A stretch of 64,000 nt of DNA from Eledone cirrhosa (GCA_964016885.1 OZ024743.1:181598001-181662000); one strand, 5' to 3'; numbered from the stretch's first letter, positions 29,701 to 43,081 are shown. Notes: a model not told the origin generated them from the sequence alone. Numbers and translations are program-made.

Positions 29701-32700
29701 GTTGTTGTTGTTGTTGTTGTTATTGTTGGTGGTTTGGTAATTGTGTTGTTGTTGTTGTTGTTATTGGTGGTGGTTTGGTAATTATGTTGTTGTTGTTGTT
29801 ATTGGTGGTGGTTTGCTAATTGTGTTGTTTTTGTTGTTGTTGTTATTGGTGGTGGTTTGGTAATTGTGTTGTTGTTGTTGTTGTTATTGGTGGTGGTTTG
29901 ATTATTGTGTTGTTATTGTTGTTGTTGTTATTCGTTGTGGTTTGATTATTGTGTTGTTGTTGTTGTTGTTATTGGTGGTGGTTTGTTCATTGTGTTGTTG
30001 TTGTTGTTGTTATTATTGGTGGTGGTTTGGTAATTGTGTTGTTGTTGTTGTTGTTGTTGTTATTGGTGCTGGTTTGGTAATTGTGTTGTTGTTGTTGTTG
30101 TTATTGGTGGTGGTTTGTTGGTTGTGTTGTTGTTGTCGTTGTTATTGGTGGTGGTTTGGTAATTGTGTTGTTGTTGTTGTTATTGGTGGTGGTTTGTAAT
30201 TGTGTTGTTGTTGTTGTTATTGGTGGTGGTTTGGTGATTGTGTTGTTGTTGTTGTTGTTGTTATTGGTGTTGGTTTGGTAATTGTGTTGTTGTTGTTGTT
30301 ATTGTTGGTGGTTTGTAATTGTGTTGTTGTTGTTGTTATTGGTGGTGGTTTGGTAATTGTGTTGTTGTTGTTGTTATTGGTGATGGTTTGATTATTGTGT
30401 TGTTGTTGTTGTTATTGGTGGTGGTTTGATTATTGTGATATTTTTGTATTTGTTGTTATTGGTGGTGGTTTGGTAATTGTGTTGTTGTTGTTGTTGTTAT
30501 TGGTGATGGTTTGGTAATTGTGTTGTTGTTGTAGTTGTTGTTATTGGTGGTGGTTGGTAATCGTTTTGTTATTGTTGTTGTTATTGGTGGTGGTTTGTAA
30601 TTGTGTTGTTGTTGTTGTTATTGGTGGTGGTTTGGTAATTGTGTTGTTGTTGTTGTTGTTATTGGTGGTGGTTTGGTAATTGTGTTGTTGTTGTTATTAT
30701 TGGTGGTGGTTTGGTAATTGTGTTGTTGTTGTTGTTATTGGTGGTGGTTTGCTAATTGTATTGTTGTTGTTGTTGTTATTGTTGGTGGTTCGATTATTGT
30801 GTTGTTGTTGTTGTTGTTGTTGTTATTGGTGGTGGTTTGGTAATTGTGTTGTTGTTGTTATTGTTGGTGGTTCGTTTATTGTGTTGTTGCTGTTGTTGTT
30901 GTTATTCGTGGTGGTTTGGTAATTGTGATGTTGTTATTATTGTTGGTGGTTTGTAATTGTGTTGTTGTTGTTGTTGTTATTGGTGGTGATTTGCTAATTG
31001 TGTTGTTGTTGTTGTTATTGTTGGTGGTTTGGTAATTGTGTTGTTGTTGTTGTTGTTATTGATGGTGGTTTGGTAATTGTGTTGTTGTTGTTGTTATTAT
31101 TGGTGGTGGTTTGGTAATTATGTTGTTGTTGTTGTGATTGGTGGTGGTTTACTAATTGTGTTGTTGTTGTTGTTGTTATTGTTGGTGGTTTGGTAATTGT
31201 GTTGTTGTTGTTGTTGTTATTGGTGGTGGTTTGATTATTGTGATATTTTTGTATTTGTTGTTATTGGTGGTGGTTTGGTAATTGTGTTGTTGTTGCTGTT
31301 GTTATTGGTGATGGTTTGGTAATTGTGTTGTTGTTGTAGTTGTTGTTATTGGTGGTGGTTGGTAATCGTTTTGTTATTGTTGTTGTTATTGGTGGTGGTT
31401 TGTAATTGTGTTGTTGTTGTTGTTATTGGTGGTGGTTTGGTAATTGTGTTGTTGTTGTTGTTGTTATTGGTGGTGGTTTGGTAATTGTGTTGTTGTTGTT
31501 ATTATTGGTGGTGGTTTGGTAATTGTGTTGTTGTTGTTGTTATTGGTGGTGGTTTGCTAATTGTATTGTTGTTGTTGTTGTTATTGTTGGTGGTTCGATT
31601 ATTGTGTTGTTGTTGTTGTTGTTGTTGTTATTGGTGGTGGTTTGGTAATTGTGTTGTTGTTGTTATTGTTGGTGGTTCGTTTATTGTGTTGTTGCTGTTG
31701 TTGTTGTTATTCGTGGTGGTTTGGTAATTGTGATGTTGTTATTATTGTTGGTGGTTTGTAATTGTGTTGTTGTTGTTGTTGTTATTGGTGGTGATTTGCT
31801 AATTGTGTTGTTGTTGTTGTTATTGTTGGTGGTTTGGTAATTGTGTTGTTGTTGTTGTTGTTATTGATGGTGGTTTGGTAATTGTGTTGTTGTTGTTGTT
31901 ATTATTGGTGGTGGTTTGGTAATTATGTTGTTGTTGTTGTGATTGGTGGTGGTTTACTAATTGTGTTGTTGTTGTTGTTGTTATTGTTGGTGGTTTGGTA
32001 ATTGTGTTGTTGTTGTTGTTGTTATTGGTGGTGGTTTGATATTTGTGTTGTTATTGTTGTTGTTGTTATTGGTTGCGGTTTGATTATTGTGTTGTTGTTG
32101 TTGTTGTTATTGGTGATGGTTTGGTAATTTTGTTGTTGTTGTTGTTGTTGTTGTTATTGGTGCTGGTTTGGTAATTGTGTTGTTGTTGTTGTTGTTATTG
32201 GTGGAGGTTTGTAATTGTGTTGTTGTTGTTGTTGTTATTGGTGGTGGTTTGGTAATTGTGTTGTTGTTGTTGTTATTGGTGGTGGTTTGTAATTGTGTTG
32301 TTGTTGTTGTTGTTGTTGTTATTAGTGGTGGATTGGTAATTGTGTTGTTGTTGTTGTTGTTATTGGTGGTTGTTTGATTATTGTGTTCTTGTTGTTGTTG
32401 TTATTGGTGGTGGTTTGTTGATTGTGTTGTTGTTGTTGTCGTTGTTATTGGTGGTTGTTTCGTAATTGCGTTATTGTTGTTGTTGTTGTTATTGGTGGTG
32501 GTTTCGTAATTGTGTTGTTGTTGTTGTTGTTATTGGTGGTGGTTTGTAATTGTGTTGTTGTTGTTGTTATTGGTGGTGGTTTGGTAATTGTGTTGTTGTT
32601 GTTGTTGTTATTGGTGGAGGTTTGGTAATTGTGTTGTTGTTGTTGTTGTTGTTATTGGTGGTGGTTTGGTAATTATGTTGTTGTTGTTGTTGTTATTGAT

Positions 32701-35700
32701 GGTGGTTTGGTAATTGTGTTGTTGTTGTTGTTGTTATTGGTGGTGGTTTCCTAATTGTGTTGTTGTTGTTGTTGTTGTTATTGTTGGTGGTTTGGTAATT
32801 GTGTTGTTGTTGTTGTTGTTATTGGTGGTGGTTTGGTAATTATGTTGTTGTTGTTGTTATTGGTGGTGGTTTGCTAATTGTGTTGTTTTTGTTGTTGTTG
32901 TTATTGGTGGTGGTTTGGTAATTGTGTTGTTGTTGTTGTTGTTATTATTGGTGGTGGTTTGGTAATTGTGTTGTTGTTGTTGTTGTTGTTGTTATTGGTG
33001 CTGGTTTGGTAATTGTGTTGTTGTTGTTGTTGTTATTTGTGGTGGTTTGTTGGTTGTGTTGTTGTTGTCGTTGTTATTGGTGGTGGTTTGGTAATTGTGT
33101 TGTTGTTGTTGTTATTGGTGGTGGTTTGTAATTGTGTTGTTGTTGTTGTTATTGGTGGTGGTTTGGTAATTGTGTTGTTGTTGTTGTTGTTGTTATTGGT
33201 GTTGGTTTGGTAATTGTGTTGTTGTTGTTGTTATTGTTGGTGGTTTGTAATTGTGTTGTTGTTGTTGTTATTGGTGGTGGTTTGGTAATTGTGTTGTTGT
33301 TGTTGTTATTGGTGATGGTTTGATTATTGTGTTGTTGTTGTTGTTATTGGTGGTGGTTTGATTATTGTGATATTTTTGTATTTGTTGTTATTGGTGGTGG
33401 TTTGGTAATTGTGTTGTTGTTGTTGTTGTTATTGGTGGTGGTTTGGTAATTGTGTTGTTGTTGTTGTTATTGGTGGTGGTTTGCTAATTGTGTTGTTGTT
33501 GTTGTTGTTATTGTTGGTGGTTTGGTAATAGTGTTGTTGTTGTTGTTGTTGTTGTTATTGGTGGTGGTTTGGTAATTGTGTTGTTGTTGTTGTAGTTATT
33601 GGTGGTGGATTGATTATTGTGTTGTTATTGTTGTTGTTGTTATTCGTTGTGGTTTGATTATTGTGTTGTTGTTGTTGTTGTTATTGATGGTGGTTTGTTC
33701 ATTGTGTTGTTGTTGTTGTTATTATTGGTGGTGGTTTGTTAATTGTGTTGTAGTTGTTGTTGTTGTTATTGGTGCTGGTTTGTTGATTGTGTTGTTGTTG
33801 TCGTTGTTATTGGTGGTGGTTTGGTAATTGTGTTGTTGTTGTTGTTATTGTTGGTGGTTTGTAATTGTGTTGTTGTTGTTGTTATTGGTGGTGGTTTGGT
33901 GATTGTGTTGTTGTTGTTGTTGTTGTTATTGGTGTTGGTTTGGTCATTGTGTTGTTGTTGTTGTTGTTGTTATTGTTGGTGGTTTGTAATTGTGTTGTTG
34001 TTGTTATTGGTGGTGGTTTGGTAATTGTGTTGTTGTTGTTGTTGTTATTGGTGATGGTTTGATTATTGTGTTGTTGTTGTTGTTATTGGTGGTGGTTTGG
34101 TAATTGTGTTGTTGTTGTTGTTGTTATTGGTGATGGTTTGGTAATTGTGTTGTTGTTGTAGTTGTTGTTATTGGTGGTGGTTGGTAATCATGTTGTTATT
34201 GTTGTTGTTATTGGTGGTGGTTTGTAATTGTGTTGTTGTTGTTGTTATTGGTGGTGGTTTGGTAATTGTGTTGTTGTTGTTGTTGTTATTGGTGGTGGTT
34301 TGGTAATTGTGTTGTTGTTGTTATTATTGGTGGTGGTTTGGTAATTGTGTTGTTGTTGTTGTTATTGGTGGTGGTTTACTAATTGTATTGTTGTTGTTGT
34401 TATTGTTGGTGGTTCGATTATTGTGTTGTTGTTGTTGTTGTTGTTATTGGTGGTGGTTTGGTAATTGTGTTGTTGTTGTTATTGTTGGTGTTTCGTTTAT
34501 TGTGTTGTTGCTGTTGTTGTTGTTATTCGTGGTGGTTTGGTAATTGTGATGTTGTTGTTATTATTGTTGGTGGTTTGTAATTGTGTCGTTGTTGTTGTTG
34601 TTATTGGTGGTGATTTGCTAATTGTGTTGTTGTTGTTGTTGTTGTTATTGGTGGTGGTTTGGTAATTGTGTTGTTGTTGTTGTTATTGATGGTGGTTTGG
34701 TAATTGTGTTGTTGTTGTTGTTATTATTGGTGGTGGTTTGGTAATTATGTTGTTGTTGTTGTTGTGATTGGTGGTGGTTTGCTAATTGTGTTGTTGTTGT
34801 TGTTGTTATTGTTGGTGGTTTGGTAATTGTGTTGTTGTTGTTGTTGTTATTGGTTGTGATTTGGTAATTGTGTTGTTGTTGTTGTTGTTATTGGTGGTGG
34901 TGGTTTGATTATTGTGTTGTTATTGTTGTTGTTCTTATTGGTTGTGGTTTGATTATTGTGTTGTTGTTGTTGTTGTTATTGGTGGTGGTTTGGTAATTGT
35001 GTTGTTGTTGTTGTTGTTGTTATTGGTGCTGGTTTGGTAATTGTGTTGTTGTTGTTGTTGTTGTTGTTGTTATTGGTGGAGGTTTGTAATTGTGTTGTTG
35101 TTGTTATTGGTGGTGGTTTGGTAATTGTGTTGTTGTTGTTGTTGTTATTGGTGGTGGTTTGGTAATTGTGTTGTTGTTGTTGTTGTTATTGGTGGTGGTT
35201 TGTAATTGTGTTGTTGTTGTTGTTATTGGTGGTGGTTTGATTATTGTGTTGTTGTTGTTGTTGTTATTGTTGGTGGTTTGATTATGGTGATTTTGTTATT
35301 GTTGTTGTTATTGGTGTTGGTATGGTAATTGTGTTGTTGTTGTTGTTGTTATTGGTGGTGGTTTGGTAATTGTGTTGTTGTTGTTGTTGTTATTGGTGGT
35401 GGTTTGGTAATTGTGTTGTTGTTGTTGTTGTTATTGGTGGTGGTTTGGTAATCGTGTTGTTATTATTGTTGTTATTGGTGGTGGTTTGGTAATTGTGTTG
35501 TTGTTGTTGTTGTTATTGGTGCTGGTTTGGTAATTGTGTTGTTGTTGTTATTATTGGTGGTGGTTTGGTAATTGTGTTGTTGTTGTTGTTATTGGTGGTG
35601 GTTTGCTAATTGTATTGTTGTTGTTGTTGTTATTGTTGGTGGTTCGATTATTGTGTTGTTGTTGTTGTTGTTGTTGTTATTGGTGGTGGTTTGGTAATTG

Positions 35701-38700
35701 TGTTGTTGTTGTTATTGTTGGTGGTTCGTTTATTGTGTTGTTGCTGTTGTTGTTGTTATTCGTGGTGGTTTGGTAATTGTGATGTTGTTGTTGTTGTTAT
35801 TGGTGGTGGTCTGGTAATTGTGTTTTTGTTGTTGTTGTTGTTATTGTTGGTGGTTTGGTAATTGTGTTGTTGTTGTTGTTGTTATTGGTGGTGGTTTGCT
35901 AATTATGTTGTTGTTGTTGTTGTTATTGGTGGTGGTTTGGTAATTGTGTTGTTGTTGTTGTTATTGGTGGTGGTTTGTAATTGTGTTGTTGTTGTTGTTG
36001 TTGTTATTAGTGGTGGATTGGTAATTGTGTTGTTGTTGTTGTTGTTATTGGTGGTTGTTTGATTATTGTGTTCTTGTTGTTGTTGTTATTGGTGGTGGTT
36101 TGTTGATTGTGTTGTTGTTGTTGTCGTTGTTATTGGTGGTTGTTTCGTAATTGCGTTATTGTTGTTGTTGTTGTTATTGGTGGTGGTTTCGTAATTGTGT
36201 TGTTGTTGTTGTTGTTATTGGTGGTGGTTTGTAATTGTGTTGTTGTTGTTGTTATTGGTGGTGGTTTGGTAATTGTGTTGTTGTTGTTGTTGTTATTGGT
36301 GGAGGTTTGGTAATTGTGTTGTTGTTGTTGTTGTTATTGGTGGTGGTTTCCTAATTGTGTTGTTGTTGTTGTTGTTGTTATTGTTGGTGGTTTGGTAATT
36401 GTGTTGTTGTTGTTGTTGTTATTGGTGGTGGTTTGGTAATTATGTTGTTGTTGTTGTTATTGGTGGTGGTTTGCTAATTGTGTTGTTTTTGTTGTTGTTG
36501 TTATTGGTGGTGGTTTGGTAATTGTGTTGTTGTTGTTGTTGTTATTGGTGGTGGTTTGATTATTGTGTTGTTATTGTTGTTGTTGTTATTCGTTGTGGTT
36601 TGATTATTGTGTTGTTGTTGTTGTTGTTATTGGTGGTGGTTTGTTCATTGTGTTGTTGTTGTTGTTGTTATTATTGGTGGTGGTTTGGTAATTGTGTTGT
36701 TGTTGTTGTTGTTGTTGTTATTGGTGCTGGTTTGGTAATTGTGTTGTTGTTGTTGTTGTTATTGGTGGTGGTTTGTTGGTTGTGTTGTTGTTGTCGTTGT
36801 TATTGGTGGTGGTTTGGTAATTGTGTTGTTGTTGTTGTTATTGGTGGTGGTTTGTAATTGTGTTGTTGTTGTTGTTATTGGTGGTGGTTTGGTGATTGTG
36901 TTGTTGTTGTTGTTGTTGTTATTGGTGTTGGTTTGGTAATTGTGTTGTTGTTGTTGTTATTGTTGGTGGTTTGTAATTGTGTTGTTGTTGTTGTTATTGG
37001 TGGTGATTTGGTAATTGTGTTGTTGTTGTTGTTATTGGTGATGGTTTGATTATTGTGTTGTTGTTGTTGTTATTGGTGGTGGTTTGATTATTGTGATATT
37101 TTTGTATTTGTTGTTATTGGTGGTGGTTTGGTAATTGTGTTGTTGTTGTTGTTGTTATTGGTGATGGTTTGGTAATTGTGTTGTTGTTGTCGTTGTTGTT
37201 ATTGGTGGTGGTTGGTAATCGTTTTGTTATTGTTGTTGTTATTGGTGGTGGTTTGTAATTGTGTTGTTGTTGTTGTTATTGGTGGTGGTTTGGTAATTGT
37301 GTTGTTGTTGTTGTTGTTATTGGTGGTGGTTTGGTAATTGTGTTGTTGTTGTTATTATTGGTGGTGGTTTGGTAATTGTGTTGTTGTTGTTGTTATTGGT
37401 GGTGGTTTGCTAATTGTATTGTTGTTGTTGTTGTTATTGTTGGTGGTTCGATTATTGTGTTGTTGTTGTTGTTGTTGTTGTTATTGGTGGTGGTTTGGTA
37501 ATTGTGTTGTTGTTGTTATTGTTGGTGGTTCGTTTATTGTGTTGTTGCTGTTGTTGTTGTTATTCGTGGTGGTTTGGTAATTGTGATGTTGTTATTATTG
37601 TTGGTGGTTTGTAATTGTGTTGTTGTTGTTGTTGTTATTGGTGGTGATTTGCTAATTGTGTTGTTGTTGTTGTTATTGTTGGTGGTTTGGTAATTGTGTT
37701 GTTGTTGTTGTTGTTATTGATGGTGGTTTGGTAATTGTGTTGTTGTTGTTGTTATTATTGGTGGTGGTTTGGTAATTATGTTGTTGTTGTTGTGATTGGT
37801 GGTGGTTTACTAATTGTGTTGTTGTTGTTGTTGTTATTGTTGGTGGTTTGGTAATTGTGTTGTTGTTGTTGTTGTTATTGGTGGCGGTTTGATTATTGTG
37901 ATATTTTTGTATTTGTTGTTATTGGTGGTGGTTTGGTAATTGTGTTGTTGTTGTTGTTGTTATTGGTGATGGTTTGGTAATTGTGTTGTTTTTGTAGTTG
38001 TTGTTATTGGTGGTGGTTGGTAATCGTTTTGTTATTGTTGTTGTTATTGGTGGTGGTTTGTAATTGTGTTGTTGTTGTTGTTATTGGTGGTGGTTTGGTA
38101 ATTGTGTTGTTGTTGTTGTTGTTATTGGTGGTGGTTTGGTAATTGTGTTGTTGTTGTTATTATTGGTGGTGGTTTGGTAATTGTGTTGTTGTTGTTGTTA
38201 TTGGTGGTGGTTTGCTAATTGTATTGTTGTTGTTGTTGTTATTGTTGGCGGTTCGATTATTGTGTTGTTGTTGTTGTTGTTGTTGTTATTGGTGGTGGTT
38301 TGGTAATTGTGTTGTTGTTGTTATTGTTGGTGGTTCGTTTATTGTGTTGTTGCTGTTGTTGTTGTTATTCGTGGTGGTTTGGTAATTGTGATGTTGTTAT
38401 TATTGTTGGTGGTTTGTAATTGTGTTGTTGTTGTTGTTGTTATTGGTGGTGATTTGCTAATTGTGTTGTTGTTGTTGTTATTGTTGGTGGTTTGGTAATT
38501 GTGTTGTTGTTGTTGTTGTTATTGATGGTGGTTTGGTAATTGTGTTGTTGTTGTTGTTATTATTGGTGGTGGTTTGGTAATTATGTTGTTGTTGTTGTGA
38601 TTGGTGGTGGTTTACTAATTGTGTTGTTGTTGTTGTTGTTATTGTTGGTGGTTTGGTAATTGTGTTGTTGTTGTTGTTGTTATTGGTGGTGGTTTGATTA

Positions 38701-40200
38701 TTGTGTTGTTATTGTTGTTGTTGTTATTGGTTGCGGTTTGATTATTGTGTTGTTGTTGTTGTTGTTATTGGTGATGGTTTGGTAATTGTGTTGTTGTTGT
38801 TGTTGTTGTTGTTATTGGTGCTGGTTTGGTAATTGTGTTGTTGTTGTTGTTGTTATTGGTGGAGGTTTGTAATTGTGTTGTTGTTGTTGTTGTTATTGGT
38901 GGTGGTTTGGTAATTGTGTTGTTGTTGTTGTTATTGGTGGTGGTTTGTAATTGTGTTGTTGTTGTTGTTGTTGTTGTTATTAGTGGTGGATTGGTAATTG
39001 TGTTGTTGTTGTTGTTATTGGTGGTTGTTTGATTATTGTGTTCTTGTTGTTGTTGTTATTGGTGGTGGTTTGTTGATTGTGTTGTTGTTGTTGTCGTTGT
39101 TATTGGTGGTTGTTTCGTAATTGCGTTATTGTTGTTGTTGTTGTTATTGGTGGTGGTTTCGTAATTGTGTTGTTGTTGTTGTTGTTATTGGTGGTGGTTC
39201 GTAATTGTGTTGTTGTTGTTGGTATTGGTGGTGGTTTGGTAATTGTGTTGTTGTTGTTGTTGTTATTGGTGGAGGTTTGGTAATTGTGTTGTTGTTGTTG
39301 TTGTTGTTATTGGTGGTGGTTTGGTAATTATGTTGTTGTTGTTGTTGTTATTGATGGTGGTTTGGTAATTGTGTTGTTGTTGTTGTTGTTATTGGTGGTG
39401 GTTTCCTAATTGTGTTGTTGTTGTTGTTGTTGTTATTGTTGGTGGTTTGGTAATTGTGTTGTTGTTGTTGTTGTTATTGGTGGTGGTTTGGTAATTATGT
39501 TGTTGTTGTTGTTATTGGTGGTGGTTTGCTAATTGTGTTGTTTTTGTTGTTGTTGTTATTGGTGGTGGTTTGGTAATTGTGTTGTTGTTGTTGTTGTTAT
39601 TGGTGGTGGTTTGATTATTGTGTTATTATTGTTGTTGTTGTTATTCGTTGTGATTTGATTATTGTGTTGTTGTTGTTGTTGTTATTGGTGGTGGTTTGTT
39701 CATTGTGTTGTTGTTGTTGTTGTTATTATTGGTGGTGGTTTGGTAATTGTGTTGTTGTTGTTGTTGTTGTTATTGGTGCTGGTTTGGTAATTGTGTTGTT
39801 GTTGTTGTTGTTATTTGTGGTGGTTTGTTGGTTGTGTTGTTGTTGTCGTTGTTATTGGTGGTGGTTTGGTAATTGTGTTGTTGTTGTTGTTATTGGTGGT
39901 GGTTTGTAATTGTGTTGTTGTTGTTGTTATTGGTGGTGGTTTGGTAATTGTGTTGTTGTTGTTGTTGTTGTTATTGGTGTTGGTTTGGTAATTGTGTTGT
40001 TGTTGTTGTTGTTATTGTTGGTGGTTTGTAATTGTGTTGTTGTTGTTGTTATTGGTGGTGGTTTGGTAATTGTGTTGTTGTTGTTGTTATTGGTGATGGT
40101 TTGATTATTGTGTTGTTGTTGTTGTTATTGGTGGTGGTTTGATTATTGTGATATTTTTGTATTTGTTGTTATTGGTGGTGGTTTGGTAATTGTGTTGTTG
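26740..40200. repeat. Higher-order tandem duplication, period ~6.65 kb (two copies), each with an internal 805-bp duplication
   Basis: Offsets 6649 (26927/33576), 6655 (28879/35534), 6658 (29864/36522, 31485/38143), then 6778 (33013/39791); internal offset 805 (30680/31485, 37338/38143). Boundaries approximate. Confidence 0.9.
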
Positions 40201-40855
40201 TTGTTGTTGTTATTGGTGATGGTTTGGTAATTGTGTTGTTGTTGTAGTTGTTGTTATTGGTGGTGGTTTGGTAATTGTGTTGTTGTTGTTGTTGTTGTTG
40301 TTATTGGTGGTGGTTTGGTAATTGTGTTTTTGTTGTTGTTATTATTGTTGGTGGTTTGCTAATTGTGTTGTTGTTGTTGTTGTTATTGGTGGTGGTTTGG
40401 TAATTGTGTTGTTGTTGTTGTTGTTATTGGTGGTGGTTTGTAATTGTGTTGTTGTTGTTGTTATTGGTGGTGGTTTGATTATTGTGTTGTTGTTGTTGTT
40501 GTTATTGTTGGTGGTTTGATTATGGTGATTTTGTTGTTGTTGTTATTGGTGGTGGTTTGGTAATTGTGTTGTTGTTGTTGTTGTTATTGGTGGTTGTTTG
40601 ATTATTGTGTTCTTGTTGCTGTTGTTATTGGTGGTGGTTTGTTGATTGTGTTGTTGTTGTTGTCGTTGTTATTGGTGGTGGTTTCACAATTGCGTTATTG
40701 TTGTTGTTGTTGTTATTGGTGGTGGTTTCGTAATTGTGTTGTTGTTGTTGTTGTTATTGGTGGTGGTTTGTAATTGTGTTGTTGTTGTTGTTATTGGTGG
40801 TGGTTTGGTGATTGTGTTGTTGTTGTTGTTGTTATTGGTGGTGGTTTGGTAATTG

Positions 40856-40886
<31 letters not shown>

Positions 40887-42883
40887 ATTGGTGGTGGTTT
40901 GATTATTGTGTTGTTGTTGTTGTTGTTATTGGTGGTGGTTTGATTATTGTTATTTTCTTGTTGTTGTTGTTATTGGTGGTGGTTTGGTAATTGTGTTGTT
41001 GTTGTTGTTATTGGTGGTGGTTTGGTAATTGTGTTGTTGTTGTTGTTATTCGTGGTGGTTTGGTAATTGTGTTGTTGTTGTTGTTGTTGTTATTGGTGGT
41101 GGTTTGGTAATCGTGTTGTTATTGTTGTTGTTATTGGTGGTGGTTTGGTAATTGTGTTGTTGTTGTTGTTGTTATTGTTGTTATCGCTGGTGGTTTGGTA
41201 ATTGTGTTGTTGTTGTTGTTATTGGTGGTGGTTTGGTAATTGTGTTGTTGTTATTGGTGATGGTTTGGTAATTGTGTTGTTGTTATTGTTGTTATTGGTG
41301 GTGGTTTGGTAATTGTGTTGTTGCTGTTGTTGTTGTTATTGGTGGTGGTTTCGTAATTGTGTTGTTGTTGTTGTTGTTATTGGTGGGTTTTTTTTAATTG
41401 TGTTGTTGTTGTTGTTGTTATTGGTGGTAGTTTGGTAATTGTGTTGTTGTTGGTGGTGGTGGTGGTGGTTTGGTGATTGTGTTGTTGTTGTTTTTGTTGT
41501 TATTGGTGGTGGTTTGGTAATTGTGTTGTTGGTGGTGGTGGTGGTGGTGGTTTGGTGATTGTGTTGTTGTTGTTTTTGTTGTTATTGGTGGTGGTTTGGT
41601 AATTGTGTTGTTGTTGGTGGTGGTGGTGGTGGTTTGGTGATTGTGTTGTTGTTGTTTTTGTTGTTATTGGTGGTGGTTTGGTAATCGTGCTGTTGTTGTT
41701 GTTGTTGTTATTGGTGGTGGTTTGGTAATTGTGTTGTTGGTGGTGGTGGTGGTGGTTTGGTGATTGTGTTGTTGTTGTTGTTGTTGTTATTGGTGGTGGT
41801 TTGGTAATCGTGTTGTTGTTGTTGTTGTTGTTATTGGTGGTGGCTTGGTAATTGTGCTGCTGTTGGTGTTGTTATTGGTGGTGGTTTGATTATTGTGTTG
41901 TTGTTGTTGTTATTGGTGGTGGTTTGGTAATTGTGTTGTTGTTGTTGTTGTTGTTATTGGTGGTGGTTTGATGATGGTGTTGTTGTTGGTGTTGTTATTG
42001 TTATTGGTGATTATGTTGTTGTTGTTATTGGTGGTGGTTTGATGATTGTGTTGTTGTTGTTGTTGTTGTTGTTGTTATTGGTGGTGGTTTGATGATTGTG
42101 TTGTTTTTGGTGTTGTTGTTGTTATTGGTGGTGGTTTGATGATTGTGTTGTTGTTGTTGTTGTTGGTGTTGTTGTTATTGGTGGTGGTTTGATGATTGTG
42201 TTGTTGTTGGTGTTGTTGTTATTGGTGGTGGTTTGGTGTTTGTGTTGTTGTTGTTGTTGTTTTTATTGGTGGTGGTTTGATGATTGTGTTGTTGTTGGTG
42301 TTGTTGTTGGTGGTGGTGGTGGTTTGGTGATTGTGTTGGTGTTGTTGTTGTTATTACTGATTCTGTTGTTGTTGTTGTTGTTGTTATTGGTGGTGGTTTG
42401 GTAATTGTGTTGTCGTTGTTGTTGTTGTTGTTGTTATTGGTGATTGTGTTGTTATTGTTGGTGGTGGTGGTTTGGTGATTGTGTTGTTGTTGTTATTGGT
42501 GATTGCGTTGTTGTTGTTGTTGTTATTGGTGGCGGTTTGGTGATTGTCTTATTGTTGTTATTAGTATTATTATTATTACTCTCATTGTTGGTTGTATTGG
42601 GGATTGTATTGTTGTAGTTGCTGTATTTTTACTGTTGTTCTTTTGGTGGTGGTAGTGATAGGATTGGTCTTTTGGTGATGGGGGTTAGTTTTGTTGTTGT
42701 TTAGTCCTTAATAATTCTCTCTTTGTTTACCTACATCTACATAATCCAGCGCCCCTATTCTAAGAGAGTAGGGTGAGGTTTGGGGGAGATTTTAATGTAA
42801 TTTCTAGCAGGTCAAGCTGTTCCTAAATCGAATCGGTCCTTTATTTTCTATACTTTGTTTGTGTTCGACGTTATCTTATTGTC

Positions 42884-42992
42884 TAATTCTGCAAATAACA
42901 CCTGATGAAATCGACTATGACTTATATCATGATCGGGTGATCGGATGAGAAGGCTGGGCTATCGAAATATGTATAGTGTTTTCGTAGAATTA
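42884..42992 (+). ncRNA. Candidate type I hammerhead ribozyme (minimal stem III), probably degenerate
   Basis: CTGATGA 42902-42908, GAAA 42964-42967, T-atgt-A stem III, AUA triplet ending 42975; stem I aacac/gtgtt extended by taattctgc/gtagaatta. Stem II is long and poorly paired. Confidence 0.5.
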
Positions 42993-43037
42993 AAATTCTA
43001 AAGTAAATTTTCCAGTCCGCCCTATGTTTTTGTTTAA

Positions 43038-43042
<5 letters not shown>

Positions 43043-43081
<39 letters not shown>

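Larger units (their letters stand above)
1..42560. repeat. Large G/T-rich complex satellite; monomer (GTT)4-8 ATT (GGT)3 TTGGTAATTGT (3n+23 bp) with recurrent variants; runs off the left edge of the window
   Basis: Monomer directly visible throughout; + strand almost devoid of C; linker variants ttgtaatt, ttgctaatt, ttgattatt; decays into unique sequence at ~42,540-42,700. Confidence 0.98.

Noticed and set aside
343-42478. About 140 short Cys/Val/Leu/Trp-rich + strand ORFs resembling membrane or Cys-rich peptides
   Set aside because: They are the three frames of GTT/GGT repeats, start at TTG/GTG, and change frame with each 3n+23-bp monomer.
1-42560. Giant mucin-like Thr/Pro/Asn/Gln exon on the minus strand
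   Set aside because: Monomer length is not a multiple of 3, so each frame meets TAA (in CCAATAAC) within a few monomers.
1-42560. Telomeric array or CRISPR array
   Set aside because: No TTAGGG-type unit, and the G-rich strand points toward the unique DNA, the wrong polarity for a left chromosome end. No unique spacers or cas genes; the context is eukaryotic.
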